This document shows positions 1 to 11,389 of a DNA stretch of 64,000 bases, piece by piece. This DNA is from Squalus acanthias (Eukaryota). Location of the stretch: contig CM059432.1 in assembly GCA_030390025.1 (NCBI GenBank), positions 75,952,001 to 76,016,000 of the forward strand. The letters are read 5' to 3'. Each line of letters starts with the position of its first letter. The stretch's first letter is position 1. The notes beneath the pieces are model-generated. The model was not told the origin of the DNA. It saw only the letters and a program-made list of their open reading frames with translations, and made no database searches. Both the position numbers and the translations under genes were made by a program.

Positions 1-131
1 CTCATATTGTTACCATTAGCAACCATCATAAAATTCACTAGGCCTCAGCCCCTCAACACAAACAGGGATAACTTTTCACCCACTTTACGGCGCCCGGAGG
101 CCCTAGTGTCCAGGCCCCAGGCCTCACTCAC

Positions 132-239
132 CCTCCGACAGATCTTCAATGCATTTGAAGGTGATCTCGAACTGAAAAGTGTTGAAAAACGGCAACGGGT
201 ATCCAGCACCACCACATTGTTCACCTGCACCTTGGCTCC
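132..239 (-). pseudogene. ASF1A: Decayed copy of ASF1A-like coding exon 1, retaining its splice donor
   Basis: Minus strand reads AKVQVNNVVVLD, then a 1-nt deletion, then PLPFFNTFQFEITFKCIEDLSE+G|GTGAGT. ASF1A begins MAKVQVNNVVVLDNPSPFYNPFQFEITFECIEDLSED. The ATG is replaced by GGA; 108 nt equals a 109-nt exon minus 1. Confidence 0.88.
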
Positions 240-407
240 TACAGGCTAATTTTGTGTTTTTTTTCCCCCCTCAGGCCCACCTACGCCAATTTAAAACAGA
301 GCCCCCGGCTGGCTTGGCAGAGTGTGAGGGGCCCCAAGTCTTTGCTTTCCCGCAGAAGCTCTGGCCCACCTCTTCCACCTGCCGCTCTCGATTGTTTCGC
401 TGAGCGC

Positions 408-1419
408 TGTAAGAAATCGCGGATTGAAAGAAAAAATAGTCTGTTACGGGCTCCCGAGATCAGCAGTTTGCCTAAGTTGATGACACAGAAAGATTCCAGT
501 CATGTCAGAAAAGGAGTTGTACAGAGAACTGAATTATGAGGTCAGAACACAAAAACAGGCCTTCGAGTGGGCATAGTTAGGTCTGATAAAGGGATGCAGC
601 AAGGAGTTGTAGGATAAACAAGCTGTCTACAAGAGGGCAACAAGACCTTTAGAACAGAGATAAGGAGGAAAATGACCTCATGAGGCTGGGAGGGGGTTGT
701 CAGAGGGACCCTCTCCCTTGTACTTGGACAATGGGATGGGTAAAAATTATTGATACCAGGTATCCACCAGCCCATCGAAATAAGGTATAAAAACAGATGA
801 CCGAGAGAGGAAAACAGGCAGTTAGGAGCGAAGGCTTCCCCGAGGTGGCTACAGCCTAACACCTTGGTCAAGTTTAGCCTCTGAGGTGGATCAATGCTGG
901 CTGACAGCCTAACACCTCCAACAGCTCGAGGGACGACCCAACAGAAGTGACCGCTGCCACAGACTGCAGGAATCCACCCAATCCGAGACCACCATACTGC
1001 CTCACCGTCCGTCTGTCCGGTCATTTTGTTCCATTCCAGGGACGTAGATCGGCGTCATCTGTCACGGGTTGTATGTCTACTGTATCTATTTCAATTGCAT
1101 GTAGTAGTATCTGATTATGCTTAGACTGTAGCTCTCTAATAAAAAGCCTTACAACTCCTGTGTGACCTGTGATCCAAATCTTAGTGCCCACAGGCAGCAC
1201 GTATCTCTACCGTCACCAAAGGCCCGGGGAGCCCAGGCCCAGCCACCGACCTCCTCACAGGACGCCACCTGCAGACGGCAGCAGTGAGGTGGGTGCAGCC
1301 AAAGCGACCTGCTACAACTAGTCGATCTCCCGTGGCGTGGACCCCTTGCAATCTTCTCACGGATCCCTAGAGGGCTGTTGACCCCCGGTTCACAACCCCT
1401 GATCGAGATCATTAGAACA
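408..1419 (+). mobile_element. LTR-like element (solo or terminal LTR), boundaries approximate
   Basis: TG start (408, alternatively 442), TATAAAA at 786-792, AATAAA at 1138-1143, candidate ...AACA end at 1419. No TSD found. Confidence 0.45.
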
Positions 1420-1483
1420 AGGTAGTACACAGTATAATGAGCGATACTAGCAGAAGCTGAAGGAAATTTTCAGCATCTCTTAC

Positions 1484-1622
1484 CTTTTGTAAAATTCAAA
1501 GGGAGAGCTAGATTAGAAGTGTTTGTTGTAGTAAGAAGGTCTTCTCCACTGGTAAGGACTGTTAGTTCTTCAAACCCAAGACAAATTCCCAACACTGGGA
1601 AGTGACTCCCTTCATCGTTTAC
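1484..1622 (-). CDS. GGH: Gamma-glutamyl hydrolase coding exon 5 (catalytic Cys)
   Basis: [48 protein letters not shown]+G|GTAAG, 139 nt. Aligns to human [35 protein letters not shown]...PLNFT. Confidence 0.95.
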
Positions 1623-1734
1623 CTGTTAAGTCAGATAAATAGTAATGGCACCCTCTATCAGAAATAATACTCCTAATTGCTAATGTGTTCAGTTTTTAAT
1701 AGCAGTGTCTTTCCAGTTACTTTATTACATTAAC

Positions 1735-2065
1735 AAACTTTCATTTAAGTAGCACCTTTAACATGTCACAAGCTTCTAAAAATAGACATCAAGTATAGAT
1801 GGGGATTTAGGAGAGGTGATCAAAGGCATGATTGAATTAGGAGGTTTTAAAAAGGGATTTAAAAGCAGGGAAAGATGGAGATAGAGTTGTTTAGGGAGGC
1901 AGTGCAAAGAGTAGAGCCAAGACAGCTGAAAGTTCTCCATAATTGATGGAACTGAGAGGGGAAGGATGAATAGAGGCCAAAATTAAAGGAACACAGGACT
2001 TGGGACAGGGCATAAGGGTGCAGGAGGTCATAGACAGAGGGTGGGCGAAGCCACAGAGGGATTTG
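1735..2065 (-). mobile_element. Decayed L2 LINE 3' fragment
   Basis: Similar to the L2 3' end at 31618-31950. Confidence 0.55.
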
Positions 2066-2315
2066 GAGTCATAGAATCATAGGAATTTACAGCACAGAAG
2101 GAGGCCATTCGGCCCATCTTGTCCGTGCCAGCCGACAAAGAGCTATCCACTCTAATCCCACTTTCCAGCACTTGGTCCATAGCTTTGTAGGTTATGGCAC
2201 TTCAAGTGTATATCCAAGTACTTTTTAAATGTGATGAGGGTCTCTGCCTCTACCACCCTTTCAGGCAGTGAGTTCCAAACCCCACCACCCTCTGGGTGAA
2301 AAATTTCTCCTCAAA
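2066..2315 (-). mobile_element. CR1 LINE 3' tail
   Basis: Short repeat tail (gagtcatagaatcatag) and similarity to CR1 3' ends at 34155 and 57190. Confidence 0.7.
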
Positions 2316-3137
2316 TGAGGACAAGAATTTTGAAATCTGGGAGATAGGTTGGCAAGGATTGGAGTTATGGGCAAGTGTGACTTAGTAAAAGATAGAAAGA
2401 AGGAATTTTGGGTGAGTTGGAAGTTATAAAGTGCAGTGTGGGAGGCTGGCAAAGAAGCCATTGGAGGAATTGGGGTAGAAATTGGTATGCATTCTGCTGG
2501 TTTTTCAGGCATAAAATGGGCACAAAGCATATCAATTTAGCATTGGGACAGCCTGCGCCCAAACTGCACAGGCGTTGGTCCCACTACCAAATTCAAGGGG
2601 CCCATTTTTAGGCGTCCCATAGATGTCTAAAACAGGAGTTAGGCCCCTTGAATATGTACATTAGGGGCCTAAATCCTGTTAAAGGAACCTTTGACAAATT
2701 TGACACTGATGAGCGGCCTGCCAAACAAACAATTCTTCAGCGGTCCCTTTGGCCACCGACCAAAGGTGAATGTTTAAAATATGTTTTAAGAAACACCTTC
2801 TTGTGGAGCAGGAGTGCTCCCCTGTGCCAACTAGAGTCACGATCGAGCCCTCCCCGCCATAGCTTGCTCAAACATATCATTCCCGGGACTTACCCAAGGG
2901 CCGCTGCTGGCAAGGCAACCAGCACAAAATTGACATCTCCCGTCGGGCGAGCTACCTGTGGAGGAGCGACTGGCGCCAAGGAAACTTACCTACTCGGTTC
3001 CAGCACCAATCTAGCTGACTGAAATTTTAAATTACAGGCAGCAAGGACACCTGCCCGAAGTCAGTGGGGTCCTTCTTTAAATATGCAGATTGGGCTCCAA
3101 TTACATCATCGAGTCCCGAATGCTATTTTTACCTGAG

Positions 3138-5468
3138 GTTTTTTAAAATTAATTTATGGGATGTGGGCGTCGCTGGAGAGGCCAGCATTTATTGCCAATC
3201 CCTAATTGCCCTTGAGAAGGAGGTGGTGAGCCGCCTTCTTCAACCGCTGCAGTCTGTGAGGTGAAGGTACTCCCACGATGCTGTTAGGGAGGGAGTTCCA
3301 GGATTTTGACCCAGCGATGATGAAGGATCGGCAATATACTTCTAAGTCCGCATAGTGTGTGACTTGGAGGGGAACTTGGAGGTGGTGGTGTTCCCATGCG
3401 CCTGCTGCCCTTGTCCTTCTAGGTGGAAGAGGTCGTGGGTTTGGGAGGTGCTGCCGAAGAAGCCTTGGCGAGTTGCTGCAGTGCATCGTGTAGATGGTAC
3501 ACACTGCAGCCACGGTATGCCGGTGGTGGAGGGAGTGAATGTTTAAGGTGGTGGATGGGGTGCCAATCAAGCGGGCTGCTGTGTCCTGAATGGTGTCAAG
3601 CTTCTTGAGTGTTGTTGGAGCTGCACGCATCCAGGCAAGTGGAGAGTACTCCATCACACTCCTTACTTGTGCCTTGTAGATGGTGGAAAGGCTTTGGGGA
3701 GTCAGGAGGAGAGACACTCGCTGCAGAATACCTAGCCTGTGACCTGCTCTTGTTGCCACAGTATTTATGCGGCTGGTCCAGTTAAGTTTCTGGTCAATGG
3801 TGACCCCCAGGATGTTGATGGTGAGGGATTCGGCGATGGTAATACCGTTGAATGTCAAGGGGCGGTGGTTAGACTCTCGCTTGTTGGAGATATTCATTGC
3901 CTGGCACTTGTGTGGCACGAATGTTACCTGCCACTTATCAGCCCAAGCCTGAACGTCATCCAGGTCTTGTTGCATGCGGGCATGGACTGCTTCATTATCT
4001 GAGGAGCTTTGAATGGCACTGAACACTGTGCAGTCATCAGCGAACATCCCCATTTCTGACCTTATGTTGGAGAGAAGGTCATTGATGAAGCAGCTGAAGA
4101 TGGTTGGGCCTAGGACACTGCCCTGAGGAACTCCTGCAGCGATATCCAGGGGCTGAGATGATTGACCTTCAACCACCACAACCATCTTCCTTTATGCTCG
4201 GTATGACTCCAGCCAGTGGAGAGTTTCCCCTCCCCCGATTCCCATTGACTTCAGTTTTACTAGGGCTCCTTGATGCCACACTCGGTCAAATGCTGCCTTG
4301 ATGTCTAGGGCAGTCACTCTCACCTCACCTCTGGAATTCAGCTCCTTTGTCCATGTTTGGACCAAGGCTGTAATGAGGTCGGGAGCCGAGCAGACTTGGC
4401 GGAACCCAAACTGGGCATCAGTGAGCAGGTTATTGGTGAGTAAGTGCCGCTTGATAGCACTGTCGATGACACCGTCCATCACTTTGCTGATGATTGAGAG
4501 TAGACTGATGGGGCGGTAATTGCCGGATTGGATTTGTCCTGCTTTTTGTGGACAGGACATACCTGGGCAGTTTTCCACATTGTCGGATAGATGCCAGTGT
4601 TATAGCTGTACTGGAACAGTTTGGCTAGAGGCACGGCTAGTTCTGGAGCACAAGTCTTCAGCACGATAGTCGGATGTTGTCGAGGCCCATAGCGTTTGCT
4701 GTATTCAGTGCGCTCAGCCGTTTCTTGATATCACGTAGAGTGAATCGAATTGGCTGAAGACTGGCTGCTGAGATGGTGGGGACCTCAGGAGTAGGCCGAT
4801 ATGGGTCATCCACTCGGCACTTCTGGCTGAAGATGGTTGAAAACGCTTCAGCCTTGTCTTTTGTACTCACATGCTGGGCTCCACCATCATTGAGGATGGG
4901 GATATTCATGGAGCCTCCTCCTCCAGTTAGTTGTTTAATGGTCCACCACCATTCACGATTGGATGTGGCAGGACTGCAGAGCTTTGATCTGATCCGCTGA
5001 TTGTGGGGTTGTTTAGCCCTGTCTATAACATGATGCTTCCGCTTTTTAGCATGCATGTTGTCCTGTGTTGCAGCTTCCCCAGGTTGGCACCTCATTTTTA
5101 GGTACGCCTGGTGCTGCTCCTGGCATGCTCTTCTACACTCCTTATTGAACCTGGGTTGGTCCCCTGGCTTGATGGTAATGGTAGAGTGAGGGATATGCCA
5201 GGCCATGAGGTTACAGATTGTGGTGGAATACAATTCTGCTGCTGCTGATGGCCCACGGCACCTCATGGATGCCCAGTTTTGAGCTGCTAGATCTGTTCTG
5301 AATCTATCCCATTTAGCACGGTGGTGGTGCCACACAACACGATGGAGGGTGTCCTCAGTGTGAAGACGGGACTTCGTCTGCCACAATGGTCACTGCTACC
5401 AATACTGTCATGGACAGATGCATCTGCGACAGGTAGATTGGTGAGGAAGAGGTCAAGTAGGTTTTTCA
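3138..5468 (-). mobile_element. 5'-truncated CR1-group LINE, frameshifted ORF2 (same family as 41708-44885)
   Basis: RT motifs [41 protein letters not shown] across ORFs 3202-5386; the 3' tail with AATAAA is shared with the SINE at 15477. Confidence 0.92.
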
Positions 5469-6425
5469 CTTCCCGCCAGCCGTTAAAATCTGCCGTGGCT
5501 CCCTGCGACCGTTGCTGGACTCATTAGGGCGCATTCTCGCCCGGAAGTGTAAATGAACCCCCACCTTGTGCACCTGTCATCCCACCACCCCACTATTGGT
5601 GGCTGAACCTACAACCATTATGCCTCTATACTCTGCAATTCTCTTCCTAAACCCTTCCATCTTGCTATTTCTTGACCCAACTTTAAAAGTCCCCATAAAA
5701 CCTAGTTCTTCCACTGTATCTTCAGTTGTCTCCTCTAACTCTTCACTTGGGTTGTGAATGCTCTACAACCATTTGTAGAACTTCCTTGATGTGTTCCTTT
5801 GCGTAAACGACGTGCAAATTTTCTGTTCTTGTTTAAAGTAATATGCAGACAAATATTACCGGATGAAATAAGGCAATTTGAGAGGATGAAGCTCATCAAC
5901 TCTTCTGGTTCAGGCCAAGGTAGGAAAAATTAATGTGTCTCCTGGGCAAGGTGACCAAAGCATAAGGGTTACCATTAACATACAGCACTACCAAAATCAA
6001 CTTGCACCTTTCAGCTTTTCCTAGGCTTCTCGTAAGAGGCAAACACATTGGAAGAGACTACCAGGAAAAGAAAGACTATCCAAATGAAAGAGTCCTGAGT
6101 CCTAAAATTAAAAGTGTCTCAAAACAAACAAGTCCAAATATTTCATTTAAAGCCCAATAGTGGGACAGGACTTTCACTGCTGGTTCTTTGTATTTTTTTA
6201 TAGCTAAGTAGTTATAGCAACCCTTCTCTAATCAGTCCTCTGTCGCCACAATATCTTCTTGTGAAGTCCTGGTTCTATGCCTCCTAGTTGTTATCCTCCC
6301 CATGGAAATTAGTTAAAATGTATTGTTCTTTGTGGAAAAAGGACAATGACCTAGTTAAAGAGTTTCTCTCTGTCTTATATAATTTTACTAAATTTATCTA
6401 GACTTTCTACAAGCACTATAGTTAC

Positions 6426-6507
6426 CTTTAGCACAAGATTATAAAAGATGGCTAAAATCTCAAAATATCTGGATGTCTGAAGAAGATCACCTCCTAGAAG
6501 GAGCAGC
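6426..6507 (-). CDS. GGH: Gamma-glutamyl hydrolase coding exon 4 (divergent)
   Basis: CAG|G+LLLLGGDLLQTSRYFEILAIFYNLVLK|GTAAC, 82 nt, phases compatible with exons 3 and 5. Aligns to human GILFPGGSVDLRRSDYAKVAKIFYNLSIQ. Confidence 0.85.
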
Positions 6508-6741
6508 CTGCATGAAGATAGAAAAGAAACATATTCCATGTTCACAAATAGTGTAATTATCTGACTTAACACTAGTAAAGAAGAATGTACTTAGTAATAA
6601 TAAAATAAAGTTATACCCTCATTATCGCAGTCAAAATCATAGTGATTTAGTAGCAGTTAACAATTATTTACAGCCAAATGACAAAACAGGATTATTCTTC
6701 TGCTCATTATACAAGTTGGCATCACATCTATAATATATTAA

Positions 6742-7236
6742 GGATGCGAAATTCGGTTACGCCCCGTTTGGGGGCGGTAACCGAGTTAAGGCCGGACATT
6801 TAGTGCCTGGCGTGGAAGTACTGCCCCGGTCGCTAAATTCGGCTTACCACCCCGCACAGGAAGTGGAGTGCAATCTTGGGCACTCCACTTCCTGGTGGAG
6901 CGGTAACCGAGGCGATGTCGGGGCACGATCGGCAGCTCTCCGCGAAGGCTCCGCGGAACGCAGCCGCGTTTCAACACCCCTCCCCTTCAGTTAAAGGGGA
7001 GGGCTGCTGCACACTCTGCAGGGCCTCCGGTGGCCCACACTAGGCCTCCAGGGCGGTGTGGTGCCGTGGCCGCAGCATTGCTTGGGGTGCTACCGAGTAG
7101 CTCCTCAGCAACGCCCTGCCGAATTTCTCGGGAGGCACTTTTTTCCCCCCCCACCCGGGGTGATAAGCCCTTTGCGCCCCTTTAGCGCCCCCCAGAGGCA
7201 CTAACGGCAGGCGCAAAGGAGCCGACTTTCTAGCCC
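6742..7236. mobile_element. PIF/Harbinger-type MITE
   Basis: Imperfect TIRs GGATGCGAAATTCGG / GGGCTAGAAAGTCGG with TAA on both flanks; a second partial copy lies at 38854. Confidence 0.8.
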
Positions 7237-7399
7237 TAAAAGTCTTGTGTTTAGCACGTGCCTCTTGTTTGTCGCACTTACATCCTGTGTCACAATTTTG
7301 TCATGCCTATGGTATTGCTTGGGTATTTCCATGAATATTTACCATTATACTTACCTGTCAGTCTTGGCAATTCTGGGTGGCATTAATGCTCTTGGAAGC

Positions 7400-8190
7400 T
7401 GTTTGGATAGGCAAGAGTGGCACCAAGCTAGACAACGGAGGAGAGGTGTTGGTGTCGTCGACTGTGTCAAAAGCTGCAGAGGTCGAAAAGGTATATGCCA
7501 GCTAGCATGGGGGCCAGGAATGAAGTTGGGTGGTCAGCAATTTAGTGGGGATAAGGTCAAGCAAGCAGAAGGTGGGTGTCATGGACAAGATGAGCTTGGA
7601 CAAGGCTTGGGTTCAGAGCTAGGGCAGGGGAGAGTCAGGGGGAGGTTTAACTTGGTGGGCAAGGGTAAGGGGTGGGGAAATAGCAAAGGCAGCTGCACAG
7701 ATGCTTTCAATCTCAGTGATACAGAAGTTCATGTCCTCCTCATACTTGCTGTTAGAGGTGAGGGTGGAAAGGGAAAGAGAAGGGTTTAAGGAAATGGCTG
7801 GTAGTGGAGAGAAGCCGGGGGGGGGGGGGGCGGGTTAGCTTTGCTCTGCAGGATGATTCTATAGTGGGTGGTTTTAGCAGAGGAAATGAGGCCTGATTGC
7901 ACTTGATATGGTCTAATCAGATCTGGTAATGGATGGCTAAACCAGTTGTGTGCCAGATACGTTCAAGTCTGTGCCTCTTGATTGAGACAACAAAACTGGC
8001 AACCATATCAGGGAACAACCAGGATGTGAGAGAATTTTGCTGGGCACAAGGACAAAAAAGTGGATGGTTGGAAGTGGTCAGAAATAGGCTTGTCTGTGAT
8101 GAAGACCGTGGGTGTAGAGAGGCCACAGGAGATGGCAAGGTTGAGATGGTGGCCATGAAATTTGCTGGAAATTCAAAAAGACAGGTGGTC
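7400..8190 (-). mobile_element. Highly decayed L2-like LINE remnant
   Basis: Contains the reverse complement of the [14 protein letters not shown] RT motif near 7455-7485 amid L2-like sequence. Confidence 0.45.
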
Positions 8191-8458
8191 AATAATAACA
8201 CTGATTTTTTTTCCCCGGCTCAGACCTGCCCCATTTGCAGAACCCACAATAGTAACCCCCCACCCCCAAGTAATCATTTTTAAAAGCCATAAGCCTACTA
8301 GCCATAAAAGCAGGCTACAGCACAATAAAGAATGCAAATACCACTACTACCAATGGGAAATTCTGCTTACAGGCATGAAAAAGTCAGTGATATAACTCCA
8401 AAGACTGATCCTTATATAAAGCCAAGAATACAGTGGCTTAATCAATTGTATAACTCAC

Positions 8459-8509
8459 CCATTTATGGAATGAAACAACTTCTTATATTCAGCATCTGTT
8501 AGTTTAATG
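8459..8509 (-). CDS. GGH: Gamma-glutamyl hydrolase coding exon 3
   Basis: TTACAG|C ATT AAA...AAT GG|GTGAGT = (G)IKLTDAEYKKLFHSIN(G), 51 nt. Matches human RLDLTEKDYEILFKSING. Confidence 0.95.
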
Positions 8510-8848
8510 CTGTAAGAAATAAAAAAAAGTGCATAATTTGGTTATCGTAAAATTCAGTTACTGATTTTCTTGTGCAAAAGTCTATCATCTACATCAGAAT
8601 TGCACCGGACTTAACTTAAGCCTGTAGAAAACAGGGGTGTTATCTGCATGACCTGTCAAACCAGGAAGTGGTCAAGTTCACAGGTGTTGAATGTCTACAA
8701 ACTTTGTCTAGAACATCAACTTTGACTGAAGCGATTCAAAAAATCTTTCCTTGACTGTGTAACTGAGAAAGGATTCGGAAAACTGTCTTTCAGTTGTTAC
8801 AGGGAGAGAAATATTTTGCTTCCACATTTCTGTCTTGGAATACTTATC

Positions 8849-9066
8849 ATGGGGTTCACTATGGGCATTCCCATATACATCCTTATGATTGAGGTAGAAC
8901 AGGAGCAGAAGGAAAGGGAAAAGACAAAGGCACACAGGATAAGGCTACACCAAAGGAGAAAACCTTCCACTAGAGTCTACGGACTACTGTTCCCTCAATG
9001 AGGTCTCAGAAAAGGTCTGTTTAAGGAGGCGACAGTTCAGTAAGGAGGCATAGAAGGAACTCTGTT
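8849..9066 (+). mobile_element. Decayed Harbinger transposase N-terminal fragment
   Basis: MGFTMGIP...RRKPSTRVY, frameshift, SLNEVSEKVCLRRRQFSKEA*KELC; resembles the transposase N-terminus at 38000-38228. Confidence 0.55.
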
Positions 9067-9398
9067 TCCCATTGGAAACAAATCTTGAAACATCCTCTCA
9101 AACATCAAAAAAATCAAAGAGCAGATTGATTTCAGATCACAAAATGTTTTACTGTGCACATATATATTTAAAACAAGAGCTTCTTTTTACAAAGTGCCTC
9201 TCTGAAACCTATTCTGAGGCTGCACTGAGGTGATACTTTGAGGGCTAGGAATACCAGTGGTGCTTGGCTGTGCTATGGTACTGTGACCCTCTTGCAGCCG
9301 TTGTTTTAGTGCTTTGTTCATTCATACTGCATGCCAAAAAGAAATAAAAATTTGGAAAAACAGTCCACAGCATTTCACAGGCAGATATAGCTCCTAGA

Positions 9399-9825
9399 TA
9401 ACAACAGAAAACGCTGGAAAAACTCAGCAGGTGAGGCAGCATCCGTGGAGAGAGAAACAGAGTTACGTTTCAGGTCGAAGACCTTTCATCAGAACTGGAG
9501 ACAGCAGGAAATCAAATAGATTTAACAAACACGAGAAGGGAAACTGAAAGCAGTGAATTTGAACAAGGTTGAAGAGACAAACGGAGGTCCCGTCGAAGAG
9601 AAGAGCAGAACTTCTTCAAGGTAGGCATTCCTAGAAGAGAGGTGGCAGTGGACCAAACACTAATACGATAGCAAAATACTGCAGATGCTGGAGATAAAAC
9701 GCTGGAAAAACTCAGCAGGCGAGGCAGCATCCGTGGAGAGAGAAACAGAGTTAAGTTTCAGGTCGAAGACCTTTCATCAGAACTGGAGACAGCAGGAAAT
9801 CAAATAGATTTAACAAACACGAGAG
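9399..9825 (-). mobile_element. Non-autonomous Penelope-like element: two direct repeats, each with a minimal hammerhead motif
   Basis: 12-bp TSD ATAGCTCCTAGA (9387-9398 and 9826-9837); ~130-bp direct repeats 288 nt apart; the same repeat ends the GIY-YIG element at 48125-48712. Confidence 0.82.
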
Positions 9826-10565
9826 ATAGCTCCTAGAAGCTCAGTGATAGCACTGAACATTGCACCGTGATATATAAAACTGTTTGATACAATCCACAGT
9901 TCTCACACTTCTGCCATTGTGTGTGGTTTTATCTGTAAAGTTAATAGCCAAGATCTTCCGCTCTGCTATAACGCAGGGTGGAAATTCCGCATCACCACAA
10001 GGATGTACACCAGACCCCTGCTAAGGATCCGGGATCAGGGTCATTTAAATCATTTTGGTGGTTTCCCTGGCACCTGCTCAGTAGCCCACCTGGGAGTGGG
10101 CAAAGAACGGCTCTAGCAGGTGTCGGAAACCTACCAGCATAGCATGGTCTGTGACCTTTGGGGCAGCTGAAGAGGGGAAGACCGTTTCTTTCTCAATTTT
10201 TTCCAAATCATAGGGTTAGGGAGTTCAACTCCTTTCGGAGATTTAAAATTTAAATCACCCTTCCGAGGAACCCTCAGACATCCATTATGCTCAGTGTTGC
10301 AAAGGTGCAAATGACTGGAAGTATTCCATCACTTCCTCTAATTATAATATACTCACCATATTTGGTCAGACATCTTATATTCATAAAGAATTCCCCGACT
10401 CGTTCTGCTTAAGTTATGCCTGGGAACTAGAGTAAGTCTAGCAGGAAATCTAAGCCAGTGTTCCTGCTGCTGAGTTCAGGTAAGCAGTTGTAATAACCTC
10501 GATAACTTATTGAGAAAGGAGTTGTGTATTGGATAAACAGTGAAAAATCAGGGCTTCAAACCCAC

Positions 10566-10677
10566 CCGATGGGCACGACTCTTGCACCAGCAGATTCTAG
10601 AAACTTCACATATGAAGCAGCAATATAGCTTTTCCCAAATCGAATTAAATCACCACCTGCTTTCTGAGCCAGCACAC
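10566..10677 (-). CDS. GGH: Gamma-glutamyl hydrolase coding exon 2
   Basis: CAG|(G)[36 protein letters not shown](G)|GTGGG, 112 nt, with the hallmark [19 protein letters not shown]. Confidence 0.96.
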
Positions 10678-11389
10678 CTGAGCAAACATAAAGATAAAAA
10701 TAAAAGGAGCACAAATGTACATACAGATTTAATACCAAGATAGTCTGCATGAATATTCACTGGATGAATGTGACAATTGGAAACCTTATTCACTATATCA
10801 TTTTGCATAGATTTGCGTTACAGTAACAATTTGGATGTTGCAATATAGGAAAATTACAATTCTTAATGATTTTCTGCAAGTGCACCATGGGTGCAACCGA
10901 CATACCGAGTAAAAGTATGTGATTTATCATCCTATAGTTCAGGGGTGCCAAACCTTTTGGAACAGGGGGACAAACTGATGTGCCACGACCAGTGAGTAGG
11001 CCATGTACAATTTTTTATTTTGCCTATAGCTGGGTTGAACCTCATGAGCCCTAGGTGTTTTCAACCAGTTGCTCTGCAACTTCCTTTGACAGTGTTCCAT
11101 GTTTTACTTATTATGTTGTTTAATAAACCAGTATTGGTGAAGACACTACCCTGGACAGAACTAGTGTCATGGCCTCCACACAGTGTTTCAAAAAAGCACT
11201 ATTAGAGAACGACTTTGATAACATTGCAATCATGCCCACCAAAACAAAACTAACTAAGACACGGTGCTCCGTACCGCTCTTTGCATGCTAAAAAACACGG
11301 TGCTACAGTGAAAGATGACTTTTCAATTCAGTGACCATCTCATTACTCAAAACTCCTGAACTTCTCCAAACTTTGCTTCATGTTTGATC

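Noticed and set aside
10940..11000. hAT-like TIR CAGGGGTGCCAAACC
   Set aside because: No partner TIR, TSD or transposase could be identified.
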